Assembly (NCBI GenBank): GCA_964016885.1
Contig: OZ024741.1
Span: forward strand, 252,898,001 to 252,962,000
Length of the DNA stretch: 64,000 nucleotides
Direction of reading: 5' to 3'
DNA from: Eledone cirrhosa
Taxonomy: Eukaryota
Shown here: positions 16,635-29,500 of the stretch, one piece after another
Position numbering within the stretch: the stretch's first letter is position 1
Layout of the letters: each line of letters starts with the position of its first letter
Program-made: the position numbers and the translations under genes
Notes under the pieces: model-generated
Databases searched by the model: none
What the model was told of the DNA's origin: nothing
Seen by the model: only the letters and a program-made list of their open reading frames with translations

Positions 16635-17500
16635 TATATATAATATTTATAAAAAGCACAAAAGAATCAATACATTTTTAAGCTAACACATGTTTCAGCC
16701 AATAGAACTGTGTCTCGAGGTCGTATATTTACATAATTAGAAATTTTAGAATTCTTTAAAATAAAATTTTCTTTTAATTTAAAAATAAAAAAAATTTCTA
16801 AATTTACTTATAGTTTTACGCTGAGACCACCAGGAATAGGTTCAAGATCGGTATCATCAGGGTTTATTTTCACTTATTATTCACTCATATATGTCTCAAT
16901 TACAAAAATGATGACATCAGTATAAAACCATATGTAAAAGATCTTTTTTAAATTAAAAAAAAATTTTTTTAAGAATTAAAAATGTTATAATTATGTAACT
17001 ATACAACCTTGAGGTGAAGTTCTATCGGCTGAAACATGTGTTAGCTTTAAAATATATTGATTCTTTGGTGCTTTATAAATATTATATATCAGCCCTGTGT
17101 GAACCCCATTGCATTGTGCTTGGAACACTCTGGTAAAGTTTACACCTAATAATAACAATACTGTTATTATTATTAAACTCTACTAAGGGAAGTGGATTGG
17201 CAGTATCGGTAGAGGGTCGGACGCCATGCTTTGACGCATAGAGTTATGGCCCTTGCCATTCTGAGTTCAAATCCAGCCAAGGTTAACTTTGCCTTTCATC
17301 CTTACGGGGTCGATAAAATAAAGTACCAGTAATGCACTGGGTTAATTGCTGGACTTGTGCCAAAAGTAGAAACAATGATTAAACTCTACCAGAGTGTTCC
17401 AAGCTCAATGCAATGGGGTCACACAGAGCTGATATATAGTATTTATAAAGCACCAAATAATCAATACATTTTTAAACTAACACATATTTCAGTTGATAGA
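16635..17500. mobile_element. Penelope-like pseudo-LTR in three alternating-orientation copies
   Basis: ~16640-16790 is inverted relative to ~16945-17090, and ~17020-17140 relative to ~17380-17500; minus-strand CTGATGA (16854-16860)...GAAACATGTGTT. Confidence 0.55.
17186..17376 (+). mobile_element. group A SINE with 12-bp TSD
   Basis: ATTAAACTCTAC at 17172-17183 and 17378-17389. Confidence 0.9.
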
Positions 17501-17526
17501 TCTTAATTATTAATATTATATATATA

Positions 17527-17718
17527 GGGTGGTGGATTGGCAGTATCGGTAGAGGGTCGGACGCTATGCTTTGCAGCATAGAGTTACGGGCCTTCCTGTT
17601 CTGTGATTCAAATCCCGCTAAGGTTAACTTTGCCTTTCATCCTTACAGGGTCGATAAAATAAAGTACCAGTAATACACTGGGTAATTGCTGGCCTTGTGC
17701 CAAAAGTAGAAACAATTA
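17527..17718 (+). mobile_element. group A SINE
   Basis: GGTGGATTGGCAGTATCGGTAGAG...TTCAAATCCCGC..GTTAACTTTGCCTTTCATCC...GTAGAAACAAT. Confidence 0.9.
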
Positions 17719-17794
17719 ATATTATATATATATATATATATAATATTAATAATGTAATGTATAATATATATGTATAATAATATATAATATTAAT

Positions 17795-17987
17795 AATGTA
17801 ATGTGGCCGTGTAGGTAACACGGTAAAAACCTCCCAGTTCCACACTGTAAATGTGGTTGGTGTTAGGAAGGGCATCCAGCCGTAGAAAACCCGCCAGACA
17901 GTCCTATGCGAGCAAGACAACCACTCTTGCCTCAAGTGGGAAAACTCCCGTCCAAACCCATGCGAGCGTGGAATATGGACGTTAAAC

Positions 17988-18018
<31 letters not shown>
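17795..18018 (+). mobile_element. RTE LINE 3'UTR fragment
   Basis: Closely matches 10788-11002; (GAT)n tail. Confidence 0.88.
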
Positions 18019-18020
<2 letters not shown>

Positions 18021-18094
18021 TGTTAATAATTCTACTATATATATATATAAAGGTGTGTTCCATTCTCTCTATATAATCAGATATAACTTTATAC

Positions 18095-18135
<41 letters not shown>

Positions 18136-18739
18136 ATGAGTTTTGAGGCAGTTTTTGAAAGCACTGTGACAATATTATAAAACTTTTAAATGCTTTGAAG
18201 CCCAAACATTGCATTTAAAGAATTAAAACGTAATGTTTTATTCAAAATGTTCAATGTTAAAAGACTTTCATCAAAATTTGTATTGTTTTTTTCCACTCCA
18301 AGAACTTTTTGATGTTGGTTAATGGTCAGACAGACCAATGTCATAAAGCATAAACTTTAGTTGCAGTCATCCTAAAAGCTGTTATAAGTGGAAGAAACAG
18401 GCTATAGATGTTAGAGTACATTTTTCTTTTCTTTACCTTAGAAAAGAAAAATACACCACACCATCTATAGTTGGCTCCTTCAACTGCTAATTAGCTGTTT
18501 TTAGTGACTATTCTGATCATCACTCTAATCACATTCAACTCTATCCTTAATCACTCCCATTCCTTGTCTTCTTCACTCCTTCCCATAGGTTCTCAAACTA
18601 TTTGCCCCCCACCTCATGGCCACATAATACCTTCAGCATCTCCATCCCTATTTTCAGAGAGACCTGCCTACATGCAAATTGTAAATAATATATAATAAAT
18701 AAAATCGCTAATTTATATATATATATCAAATAATATAAT

Positions 18740-18837
18740 TGTTTCTACTTTTGGTACAAGGCCAGCAATTACCCAGTGTATTACTGGTACTTTATTTTAT
18801 CGACCCCGTAAGGATGAAAGGCTAAGTTAACCTCAGC
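18740..18837 (-). mobile_element. partial group A SINE
   Basis: 3' half of the group A pattern. Confidence 0.8.
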
Positions 18838-18854
18838 ATAATATAATATATACT

Positions 18855-19541
18855 AGTAATATACGTGAACAGCAAAGCATAAATGAACTAAGTGAGAAAT
18901 TAGGAATAAGAGGGATCAGATGCTGTTTACTTGAGAGAAGACTACGTTGGTATGGTCACGTGATGCGCATGAAAAACGACAGCTGTATAAAAAAGTGCAG
19001 GGCGATCAAAATTGATGAAAGTAGGTAGACCCAGAAAAACCTGGGACGATTTGATAAATTCTGACCTTACACACTTACACCTCTCCAAAACAATGTCACT
19101 GGGACCGAGATCTTTGGCGCTACGCAGTAATACAGAAAACCCACCTTGTCTAAGTACAAAGCGAAACCTACAGTCAGTAGGCACCTCTTAATCAAATATA
19201 CACCCCCATCCCACTACCCCAACTCCCCCACCCCATCTACACCCTTTCTCTGTAAAGTTATGTTGGTACCACAACATCCAGTCGTAAATAAATGAGGTCG
19301 TGTAAAAACACACAGTCCACACTGTAATGTGGCCGTGTAGGTAACACGGTAAAAACCTCCCAGTCCACACTGTAAACATGGTTGGTGTTAGGAAGGACAT
19401 CCAGCCGTAGAAAACCCGCCAGACAGTCCTATATGAGCGAGACGAGCAATCTCGCCTCAAGGGGGATAATTTCCGTCTAAACCCATGCTAGTGTGGAAGA
19501 TAGACGTTAAACGATGATGATGATGATGATGATGATGATGA
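18855..19541 (+). mobile_element. 5'-truncated, frameshifted RTE LINE (paralogue of 10277-11002)
   Basis: Collinear with 10307-11002; encodes RRLRWYGHVMRM; (GAT)n tail. Confidence 0.88.
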
Positions 19542-19629
19542 CTATGTATAAATAAATATTATATATTTTCATTTTACTATATTTATATGTAATATGTATC
19601 ATTTGATATTAATATATACTATTATAACT

Positions 19630-19820
19630 GGGCGGTGGATTGGCAGTATCGGTAGAGGGTCGGACCCCATGCTTTGACGCATGGAGTTACGGCCCTTGCC
19701 ATTCTGAGTTCAAATCCCGCCGAGGTTAACTTTGCCTTTCATCCTTACGGGGTCGATAAAATAAAGTACCAGTAATGTACTGGATATTTTCTGGCCTTGT
19801 GCCAATAGTAGAAACAATTA
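19630..19820 (+). mobile_element. group A SINE
   Basis: Full match to the group A pattern. Confidence 0.9.
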
Positions 19821-19869
19821 TAACATCTCTAACCCCCTCCCCTCTAGTTCCCCCCTTGGACCTTCTCAA

Positions 19870-20520
19870 TGCCTCTGCCATAGACTCTGTAGAGTGGTTG
19901 GTGCTAGAAATACCATCCAGCTCTAGAAAACTTGCCACATTGAAAGGATCGAAGTCTCCCTAGTGCTGGTGCTAAGAAACATGCCCAGTACAGTCTTTAA
20001 AGTAGTCGGTGTTTGGAAGAACATCCAGCTCTAGAAATCTTGCCAAACAAAGGGTTGAAAGAATCCAAACCACCCTAGTACTGGTGTTGTGATAAAGTAT
20101 TGCCAGTATAATCTATAAAGTGGTTGGTGTTTGGAGGGGCATGAAGCTGTGGAAAACCTGCCAAACATGGGGTAAAAAGAACTCTTCAGTTTGTTTTGAA
20201 GACACCACAAGGCTAGTGCCACAACAAAATGCATGAAGTACAGTGAGTAAAGTGAAAGAATGAAAACAAGCGAGGTGCAGCCTCTGACTTGCCTATAAGG
20301 TTAATAGCTTCAATAGTTTAGTGACTTGATCTGGAACAACACATCCAACTTCTGCCAGCATGGATAAGTAGAGAATAAATGATGATGGTGATGATGATGG
20401 TGGTATGGTGGTGGTGATGGTGGTGATGGTGGTTGTGATGATGGTGATGATGATGGTGGTGGTGATGGTGGTGATGATGGTGATGATGAGGATGATGGCG
20501 GTTGCAGTAGTAATGATGAA
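19870..20520 (+). mobile_element. old RTE-tail-related repeat (three ~115-bp blocks) with expanded (GAT/GGT)n tail
   Basis: Three GTGGTTGGTG...CATCCAGCT.TAGAAA blocks; GCCAGCATGGA..(GATGGT)n. Confidence 0.6.
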
Positions 20521-20601
20521 TACCTATATGGCTACTTATTAATAATTATTTATAGACAGACATATTTAGCCGCTATATATTTGTCTGGAGACATATATAT
20601 G

Positions 20602-20675
<74 letters not shown>

Positions 20676-20690
20676 AATATATATGTATGT

Positions 20691-20738
<48 letters not shown>

Positions 20739-21171
20739 GCTAGCGTGGAAAATGGACGTTAAACGAAGATGATGATGATGATGATGATGATGATGATATA
20801 TGTGTGTGTATGTATGTATGTATGTATATAGTACATATCCACATACAAACATACATACATACATACAAAGAGTAATATAAGGAAGTGAAAGTGTAGAAAA
20901 GAGGGGGAACATTGTACTAAAATACTAGTTAAACACAAAGGGAAGTTCCCTCTAAGGAGGGGAATAAAAAGTCCCCCTTAATCAGAATTCATTTGTTCCC
21001 CTCATCTATTTCAATTGAGATTTAGCTACAGTCTTTTAGAACTCATACACAACTGATCAATACTTCGCCTTAGACATCTTTCTCTATCTCTCTCTCACTC
21101 TCTCTCATCAGCTGACTCTCTTTATCTCACTATTTCTCTCTTTCTATTTGTATGTATATTTCTATTTGTAT

Positions 21172-21353
21172 GTTTCTACATTTGGCACAAGGCCAGCAAT
21201 TATCCAGTACATTACTGGTACTTTATTTTATCGACTCCGTAAGGATGAAAGGCAAAGTTAACCTCGGCGGGATTAGAACGCAGAATGGCAAGGGCTGTAA
21301 CTCAATGCGTCAAAGCATGGTGTCCGAATCTCTACCGATACTGCCAATCTACC
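21172..21353 (-). mobile_element. group A SINE
   Basis: Group A pattern on the minus strand. Confidence 0.88.
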
Positions 21354-21432
21354 AGATAATGATATATATATATATATATATATATATAATACTGCCTCTG
21401 TTTTGTTCCCGTTCCATTTTTCACTATATATA

Positions 21433-21778
21433 TCATTTCATTTTCATCATTTCATTTTACGTTTTCTTTTCCCTGCTTGCAAGGGTGGGACGGGAACTGA
21501 TTCTGGCTTGATTTCTACAGCTGGATGCCCTTCCTAACACCAACCTCATTTACAGTGAGTGCTGGGTGCTTTTTTGCCATGGCACCTCCACGACCACTTT
21601 GCAGTGGAATGATATGGACCCCAGTCCCTATCATCTCATTTATACAGCTGAGTAAACTGGAGCAATGTGAAATAAAGTGTCTTGCTCAAGGAAACAACAC
21701 ATCACCCAGGCTGAGAATTGAACTCACAACCTTTCGATTGCAAGGCCAATGCTCTAACCACTAAGCCATGTGCCTCCA
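21433..21778 (-). mobile_element. group B SINE, full length
   Basis: Reverse-complement match to 14718-15212 with one internal unit. Confidence 0.9.
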
Positions 21779-21852
21779 CATATATATATATATATATAAA
21801 TATATGTATATATATATACATATATGTATACATATATATATGTATATATATG

Positions 21853-22010
<158 letters not shown>

Positions 22011-22115
22011 GTGAAAAATGGAACGGGAACAAAACAGAGAGGCAGTATTATATACATATATATATATATGTATATATATGTATATATATGTATATATGTA
22101 TATATATATATACAC

Positions 22116-22158
<43 letters not shown>

Positions 22159-22464
22159 TAGTGAAAAATGGAACGGGAACAAAACAGAGAGGCAGTATTA
22201 TATACATATATATATACACACACACATACATACAAAGAAGTTAATGGGAGAAGAGAAGCAGCGGGAGAATTTGAAATGTGTGATGCATCAAAATACAAAC
22301 GACCATAATAATTGTCGATTGCTATAAATAATATTTGAGAAAATCAGGTAAAGGACCCTTGAAGGCAGGGGAAAATGGACAGAGTTGCGTTCCAGGAATT
22401 GGGGAATTGATTGTCTCAGTTATTATTGTGATAAACTATTATATCCATTATTTCAGATATGTAT

Positions 22465-22804
22465 ATCATCATCATCATCATTTTACGTCCGCTTTTTCCC
22501 TGCTTGCAAGGGTGGGACGGGAACTGATTCTGGCTTGATTTCTACAGCTGGATGCCCTTCCTAACACCAACCTCATTTACAGTGTGGGCTGGGTGCTTTT
22601 TTGCCATGGCACCTCCACGACCACTTTGCAGTGGAATGATAGGGACCCCAGTCCCTATCATCTCATTTCTACAGCTGAGTAAACTGGATCAATGTGAAAT
22701 AAAGTGTCTTGCTCAAGGAAACAACACATCACCCGGTCTGAGAATTGAACTCACAATCTTTCGATTGCAAGCCCAATGCTCTAACCACTAAGCCGTGTGC
22801 CTCC

Positions 22805-22805
<1 letters not shown>
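22465..22805 (-). mobile_element. group B SINE, full length
   Basis: Near-identical to 21433-21778. Confidence 0.9.
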
Positions 22806-22853
<48 letters not shown>

Positions 22854-22934
22854 GGGGGGGGGGTGCATGTATGTATGTATATACATACTACTGTACGTCT
22901 GTATACATATATGTATGTAAGTATACATACTTAT

Positions 22935-23362
22935 ATTTAAGTATCAGCCGTACTAGGAGTGAGAAATGAAATTTCATTTTTTCCATTTATCGTTTTCAGT
23001 ACGCCCGGCCGACTACATCACTCGATATTCAAATTAGGCTGGTCAGCATAAGGAAAGTATATACTTTCAAACATTCAATCGACTGACAGGAAGGTATACA
23101 GTGCTGATGACAGCTAATAAGCGTCTACGCGCGTGTTGCGCAAGTACTGTGAAACAATAAATTTCAACACTTCTTTGCACAGAGATAATATCAATAGGTA
23201 AAACTACAATTGTCACTGCTGGCGCAGCTCCTGCTTCGGCAGTCCAGGTCTGCAATTCATTCACCAGTGCCTGGCAGACAAAAAAGTGGTGCCATAAAAT
23301 GGGTGGTGCAACCTAACTTTGGTAACTTACTGACCCCGAGCAACGCCGGGCTTTAATGCTAG
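22935..23362 (+). mobile_element. Helitron-like element 3' end (5' boundary uncertain)
   Basis: CCCGAGCAACGCCGGG hairpin at 23335-23350, 8-nt spacer, CTAG at 23359-23362 followed by T. Confidence 0.6.
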
Positions 23363-23391
23363 TATATATATATATATATAAATAGAACTTC

Positions 23392-23426
<35 letters not shown>

Positions 23427-23705
23427 CCGTTCAACCCATGCTAGCATGGAAGAACGGACGTAAAACGGTGATGATGATGATGATATATATATATATTAAC
23501 CTGTTTAGCTTGGTTTGTTTTTTTGGCTCCGGTGGCTGATGGCTTCACGACCACTGTTTTCATTTTATCTGGCCTTTATAACATATGCTAATTGCTCTGG
23601 TCTTCTTTTAGTCCATTGAGCGCTTGCCGCATATCTCGAAGATTTGTTTTATTTTATTTTTGTTCCCCACTGAAATACGATCTCGCTGAAATAATATTTG
23701 TATAC

Positions 23706-23794
<89 letters not shown>

Positions 23795-23923
23795 GAAGTT
23801 CTATTTAAATTGTTGGGATACAACAAGCAAATATTTTTATAACTGATATAAAGCACTCAACAAATTATTAGAGTAAAGATACGATATATTAACATATGGA
23901 AACTATATTTATAAAACCATATT

Positions 23924-23988
23924 TATTTCATTATACATATTTCAAGGACACCAAGTTAAATTATGGTGTGCTTTCATCAGATAAAATA
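23924..23988 (-). ncRNA. type I hammerhead ribozyme motif (left arm)
   Basis: Reverse complement of 24126-24190. Confidence 0.65.
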
Positions 23989-24125
23989 TAATATAGAGCA
24001 GTTTTATAAATAAATATTGACATACCCTTAAAGAATGCGACCATTACTATCCAGGAGCTTCCAACAGCAATGGTTACATTCATTAAGGGTATGTCAATAT
24101 TTATTTATAAAACTGATCTATATTA

Positions 24126-24190
24126 TATTTTATCTGATGAAAGCACACCATAATTTAACTTGGTGTCCTTGAAATATGTATAATGAAATA
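24126..24190 (+). ncRNA. type I hammerhead ribozyme motif (right arm)
   Basis: Stem I TATTTTAT/ATGAAATA; CTGATGA 24134-24140; stem II AAGCACACCA/TGGTGTCCTT (9 of 10 pairs); GAAA 24171; near-palindromic stem III ATATGTAT; ATA triplet ending at 24182. Confidence 0.68.
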
Positions 24191-24231
24191 AATATGGTTT
24201 TATAAATATAGTTTCCATTTGTTAATATATC

Positions 24232-24312
<81 letters not shown>

Positions 24313-24381
24313 TATATATATGTATGTATATGTGTATATATATATATATATGTATGTATATGTATAATAAACAATACAATA

Positions 24382-24461
24382 TAATTACCTCATTACCAGA
24401 GGTTTCCCGAATAAGACGAATACGTGAAACGTCTTCATTCGTTCATCGGACAAGGCAATTA
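24382..24461 (-). ncRNA. type I hammerhead ribozyme motif with CCGATGA (U4C) core
   Basis: Minus strand: TAATTGCCTTGT-CCGATGA-aCGAATgAAGACG..CGTCTTATTCGg-GAAA-CC tct GG-TA-ATGAGGTAATTA; 12-bp stem I with 3 G-U pairs. Confidence 0.72.
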
Positions 24462-24462
24462 C

Positions 24463-24496
<34 letters not shown>

Positions 24497-25577
24497 GTAA
24501 TTACAAATATATATATATATATATAAATCTATACATACATACATGAAAGAAAGAATTTCTCTCTCTCTGTATACGCAGACCAATTGTCTCCCTTTGAATC
24601 GGTGGACTCTATGCAATTTCCTTTATAATGATAATGCAAGCAACAAACAAGCCACTTAAGTTCTCTAGCTAAATTGCCTTTCTCTCTTCCCCAAAGCACC
24701 ACTTATGATTTGCTAATCATTTTGAAAATAATTAAGAATTTGAAGGGATTTAGTAATATAACTAACTTTCCCATTATTAAACTGGTGTTTGGAACATAAT
24801 TTAACATAATTTCTTTCATAAAATTAAGATGGAAGAGTTTTAGATGAATATAAACACATTAAAATAAACAATTTATTGAGCGAAAGGCAGTTTCAGCCAG
24901 TTTGGTATTAAAAGGGCTAAAACAACCTCCTCCCTTGTCTTTTATATTTGTTGTTACACATCTTCCCCAGTTCAGTCCAATCCAGCAGATTTATGATCAG
25001 AGAAGGCCTTCCAGTTAAGACCATCTCATTTTAAAAATATATATTAACTCTTAATATCCTGTTCCACATGAAACCCCATTAGCAAAACTATCTTGAAATG
25101 TATATAACTGTCCTATGACTCCAACACATTACAAATTAAAGCATTTACTCTAATACTACAAATTTTCACAACAATTTTTTTTCCAATGATTAAGATACTA
25201 TAAAAATTTGAATTCATAAACCTGTTTTTAAATATTTTCTGCTAAATCATTACAGGATGTAATTAAAAATTACAATGTCCTAACTATCCATATTTATTCA
25301 AGGAGGTAAAATCTGATTTGATGGAGATTTGGCTATCATTTTTAGATAATCAGATGATAGTGTAGAAGGTTCCTTGCTAGTTTCACCTACTACAACTATA
25401 TTCTGTGGGTGGCCATGATCATGGTTTGTATTTATACATCTTTATACATTATGAACCATTATCTGGTTAGTTTATTCCCTTGTCCACTTATACTAAATAT
25501 ATGGTCACTATATTTCTTGTCTGCATGAGTGTGTATGTGCTGACAGATGTAGATATTAGCCAACCTATACCATTATT

Positions 25578-25808
25578 ATGTGGTGAATTGGCAGAGTTGT
25601 TAGAATACTTTATGGTATTTATTCTGGTTCTCTGCTCTCTGAGTTCAAATCCTGCTGAGGTCAACTTTGCCTTTCATCCTTTTGAGGCCAATAAAAAAGT
25701 ACCAATCTAGTACTGAGGTCGATTCTTCCTCTCTCTGGAAGAAATATGCTCTACTCAGGCCTGGAAATGGTTGGGCACCACCAGGCTTAAAATGCCCAAG
25801 AAACAATG
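25578..25808 (+). mobile_element. group A SINE variant with alternative 3' part
   Basis: Group A head, then CTCTGGAAGAAAT..CAGGCCTGGA..GGCACCACCAGGCTTAAAATGCCC; related pieces at 1-75, 30640-30680, 59664-59790 and 60550-60780. Confidence 0.7.
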
Positions 25809-26574
25809 CCCCTACAACTCTATCAGGTGTTACGGACCATACATACTTACATACCATCATTACCAGAATGATAAAGCCCAGACAGTAAGGGAAAGTTTTT
25901 TCTGGTGTGCAAAATCCTTGGCACACTTTGCCTCATGGTCCCAGTAAACTCCACCTTCATAACAGTAAGTAGAGAGATGGTTCAGGGATGAAGAACACCA
26001 CCAGATGTCTCCACTGCTATAGCTTCAATAAAAAGCAGCCAATACTTCAAGAGCTTGTCAGGCAACAAAAGTTTTGTCTACCACTGAATGCACCAGGCTG
26101 ATGCTGGAGAAATTGTTACTACATGTAACATCCCAGATGAGAGGCTTAAAACCATAGACAGGGAGTGTACTGTTAATCATATCAAATATATGGTCAATTT
26201 AGGGAACAATTAATCATACAAATATATAGCTACTTTAACTTTGGTGGACTGTCATTAATATGAAATATATGGTCACTTGAACTTTGGTGGACTGTCACTG
26301 ATACTAAATTTATGGTCACTTTATCTCAGTACAGATGTGACAGCTGTATACCAGTGCAGCCCTCTGGTAGTGTACCAGAACATTAAATGTAGTAAATGTA
26401 CAGTTGTAATTGACTGTGGGTAAAGGCAAGGAATTGACCTCAGTATTTGTTCTGGATCACTGTTCTAAATTCAAATCCTGCCAAGGTAAACTTTGCCATC
26501 CATTGTTTTGAGGTGGATGAATAAAATACTTGTCCACTATTAAAGTTGGTTCTCTTTCTCTCTCTCTCTCTCTC

Positions 26575-29500
26575 AACACCAAAACCACAACAACAACAAC
26601 ACACAAAACAAGCAAACACACAAAAACAAACAACTGCTCAACTACAAGCAACAGAAAAACACAGACAATTCTCCTGAAAAACACAGTCACACCCCATCTC
26701 ACTCCATCCAACAGTACCACAACCACACACACAAACACACCATCACCACACAACATACCCCTCCCACACACCCTGATGACGATTCATCACCAGACGAGGT
26801 TACTTCTCCATCCCCAAGCGAGGATGAAGCAGAGCCTCGGAAATCTAAAAAGCAAAAAAAGAGACACTGCAAAGCCACAAAACCACCAATCACCAACACA
26901 AACACACAACCACCAACACAAACAACAACACAAACACCACCACAATCAACCCCCCCTCCCCACCAGGAAAACAAAAACCAACACCACCCCAAACAACACA
27001 AATACCCACCATAAAAAGAAAACTACAAAGTGAACAACGAACAAAAACAACACAACAAAAATATAAACAACAGTACACATACATTAACACGAATAACAAA
27101 AACCTGATGGAGGTCATCTCTAAAGACCCCCAAGTTGGAAACCGAGGGGAAAACTTTCTTAAAATCAGACACGGCACCACACCTAAAACTGATAAGGGTT
27201 TCGATGGAAACCTAACGGAAACTGAAGGGTCAATTTTCGCAAGATCTTGGGAACCCTTGCCAAAAACCCATTAACCGCGACCTCTTGAAACGTTTCCCCA
27301 ACCCACCCAACACCCCCAACAACAACCAAATGGAGATTCAACAACCCGATGTCCAGGAAACAAAAAGGTAAGTACATCTTTTCATCCTTTTCGCCAACTC
27401 TTCTCCACCAACATGGCAAATTTACAAGTTGGAAGTGTGAATGTGCATGGCCTAGGGATTTTAAACGACCTTAGGTCATACGGTATGGATGTGATAGCCA
27501 TCAGCGAGTTCAGGATCCACAACAGGATCTCTGTCAGCCAGGAGGTGGAGGGGAGTGGCTGTTATGTTTCGGAAAAACCTGGACCTTGAAATACAGCAAA
27601 TACACTTGGACCCTGAGGGTAGACTAGTGGTCCTAGACGTGAACAGTGTTAGAGGTGGAGCCTTCAGACTGGTGGCCATTTATGCCTCTACTGGGACATT
27701 ACGGCCAGACTTCTTTAAGCGTCTAGAGTCTTTTCTGGGAACGTCTCGCTCCTTGCTTTTAGTGGGGGACTGGAATAGTATCCTAGACGAATGTTGGGAC
27801 TATGTAGGAACATGTCTCGGTAGAGCGGGGTGCAACAGCCTCAAAAATTTGATCGACCAATTCCAACTGGCCGATAGGTATCGACTAGATTTCCCGACTG
27901 CACCACAGTGGACGTGGACAAATCGCAGTGGGACATCCAGATCGTATTTAGATAGATTCTTAATTAGAGAGAGAAATAGGAAAATGTTAAGCTGTCCACA
28001 AATGTACATGGTTGCCTATTCAGACCACAAACTAGTCACTTGCATAGTCAACCATGATAGAACGCATAGAGAAGGACCCGGACTGGAAGCTGAACATGTC
28101 GTTACCGACGCATAAAGCCTACCGTAGACGGATAAGTAGTTTAGTTAAGCACCAGTTGATGGGACCCATCGTCAACAATAGGTGGTGGTGCTCTCTCAAG
28201 AGAGCAATTAGAGTAGAGTCCATAGCTTTTAGCAAAGAAATAGCTTTAGAGAAAGATAAAACAGAAAGAGAACTAGTAGCCAAGGTAGAGGAGGCACTTA
28301 GGAGTGACAACACAGCTAGAGTGCTAACATCGAGAACAGCACTGGACCAGTTCTTCGATGCGAAACACGAAGGCTGCGTTGTCAGGAGTAGATCACATGC
28401 TCTAGGAAACGAGGGAGCAAAAGCTGTTAGCTAGGCCCGAGTGGCAGAAGCGAAAAGTGGCAACAAGACAAGAACAAGGGGGACGAGACAAGTAACTTCA
28501 GGCCCATAACTCTCCTAAACACAGAGTTAAAGATTTTGGCCAAGGTGTTAGCAATGAGGCTGGCGTTTGTCATCGAGAACCTGGTGGGAAAAGCTCAAAC
28601 GTGTGCAATTCCAACCAGGCCCATACACGACAACCTCCACCTAATGCGATACATCATAGAGAGGGTGGGGTGTAAACCCGGCTTTGGTGCGGCTCTGATC
28701 AATTTAGATCAGTCTAAGGCATTTGATAGGGTCGACCATCGATACTTGGAATCAGTTCTCAAGGCGGGCGGTTTCGGATCCGTCTTCAGAGGCTGGATCA
28801 CAGCCATGCATACCAGCATCTGCTCGACAGTCAAGGTGAACGGCTACCTATCGGAGCCATTCCCAATCACACGTTCCATCTGACAAGGATGCCCTCTCTC
28901 CTCCATTCTGTACGTATTGACTCTCGAGCCACTACTGCAGAAGTTGGAGCTTTTGCAGGGCATCCTATTGGAACCGGGACTGCGAATAGTGGCGTCGGCT
29001 TATGCTGACGACGTGACAGTAGTGGTGTCAAAAATCTCGGAAATCAGGGCGACCGGCAACTTACTGCAGGAATATGAAAGGTTTACAGGGGCAAAACTCA
29101 ACCTGGACAAATCTGTCAGTTGCAACTCGGAATGTGGAGAGGCTAACCGATGCCGTCTGACAGTGTCGTTGGATGGTGGATAGAAGGACCGGTGAAATTG
29201 CTCAGGATCCGGTTCAGTCCAGACCTCCAGGTGAAGAAAAACTAGAAGGAGGTCACGGCCAAGGTATTTGCATCCACCCAGAAGTGGGCAGAGTGCAAAC
29301 TATCCTTGAAAGGTTGAGTGGAGGTGGCAAACACTTTCATAGCGTCCATCATCTACTACTGCTTGACCACCGTGCCTTGTCCCCATGAATACCTCACCAA
29401 GATGGAACGCATGCTCTCCCAATTCTTTTGGAAGAAGCAGGTGCCACTGGTGAGGAGATCCATCTGTTGCCAGCACCCTTCCAACGGAAGGCTGGGAATG

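Larger units (their letters stand above)
23879..24235. repeat. ~170-bp-arm inverted repeat carrying an HHR in each arm
   Basis: 23879-24048 approximates the reverse complement of 24066-24235 with few mismatches. Confidence 0.93.

Noticed and set aside
23104-23170. CTGATGA...GAAA hammerhead-like spacing
   Set aside because: Only a 3-bp closing stem II; no proper stem III or stem I.
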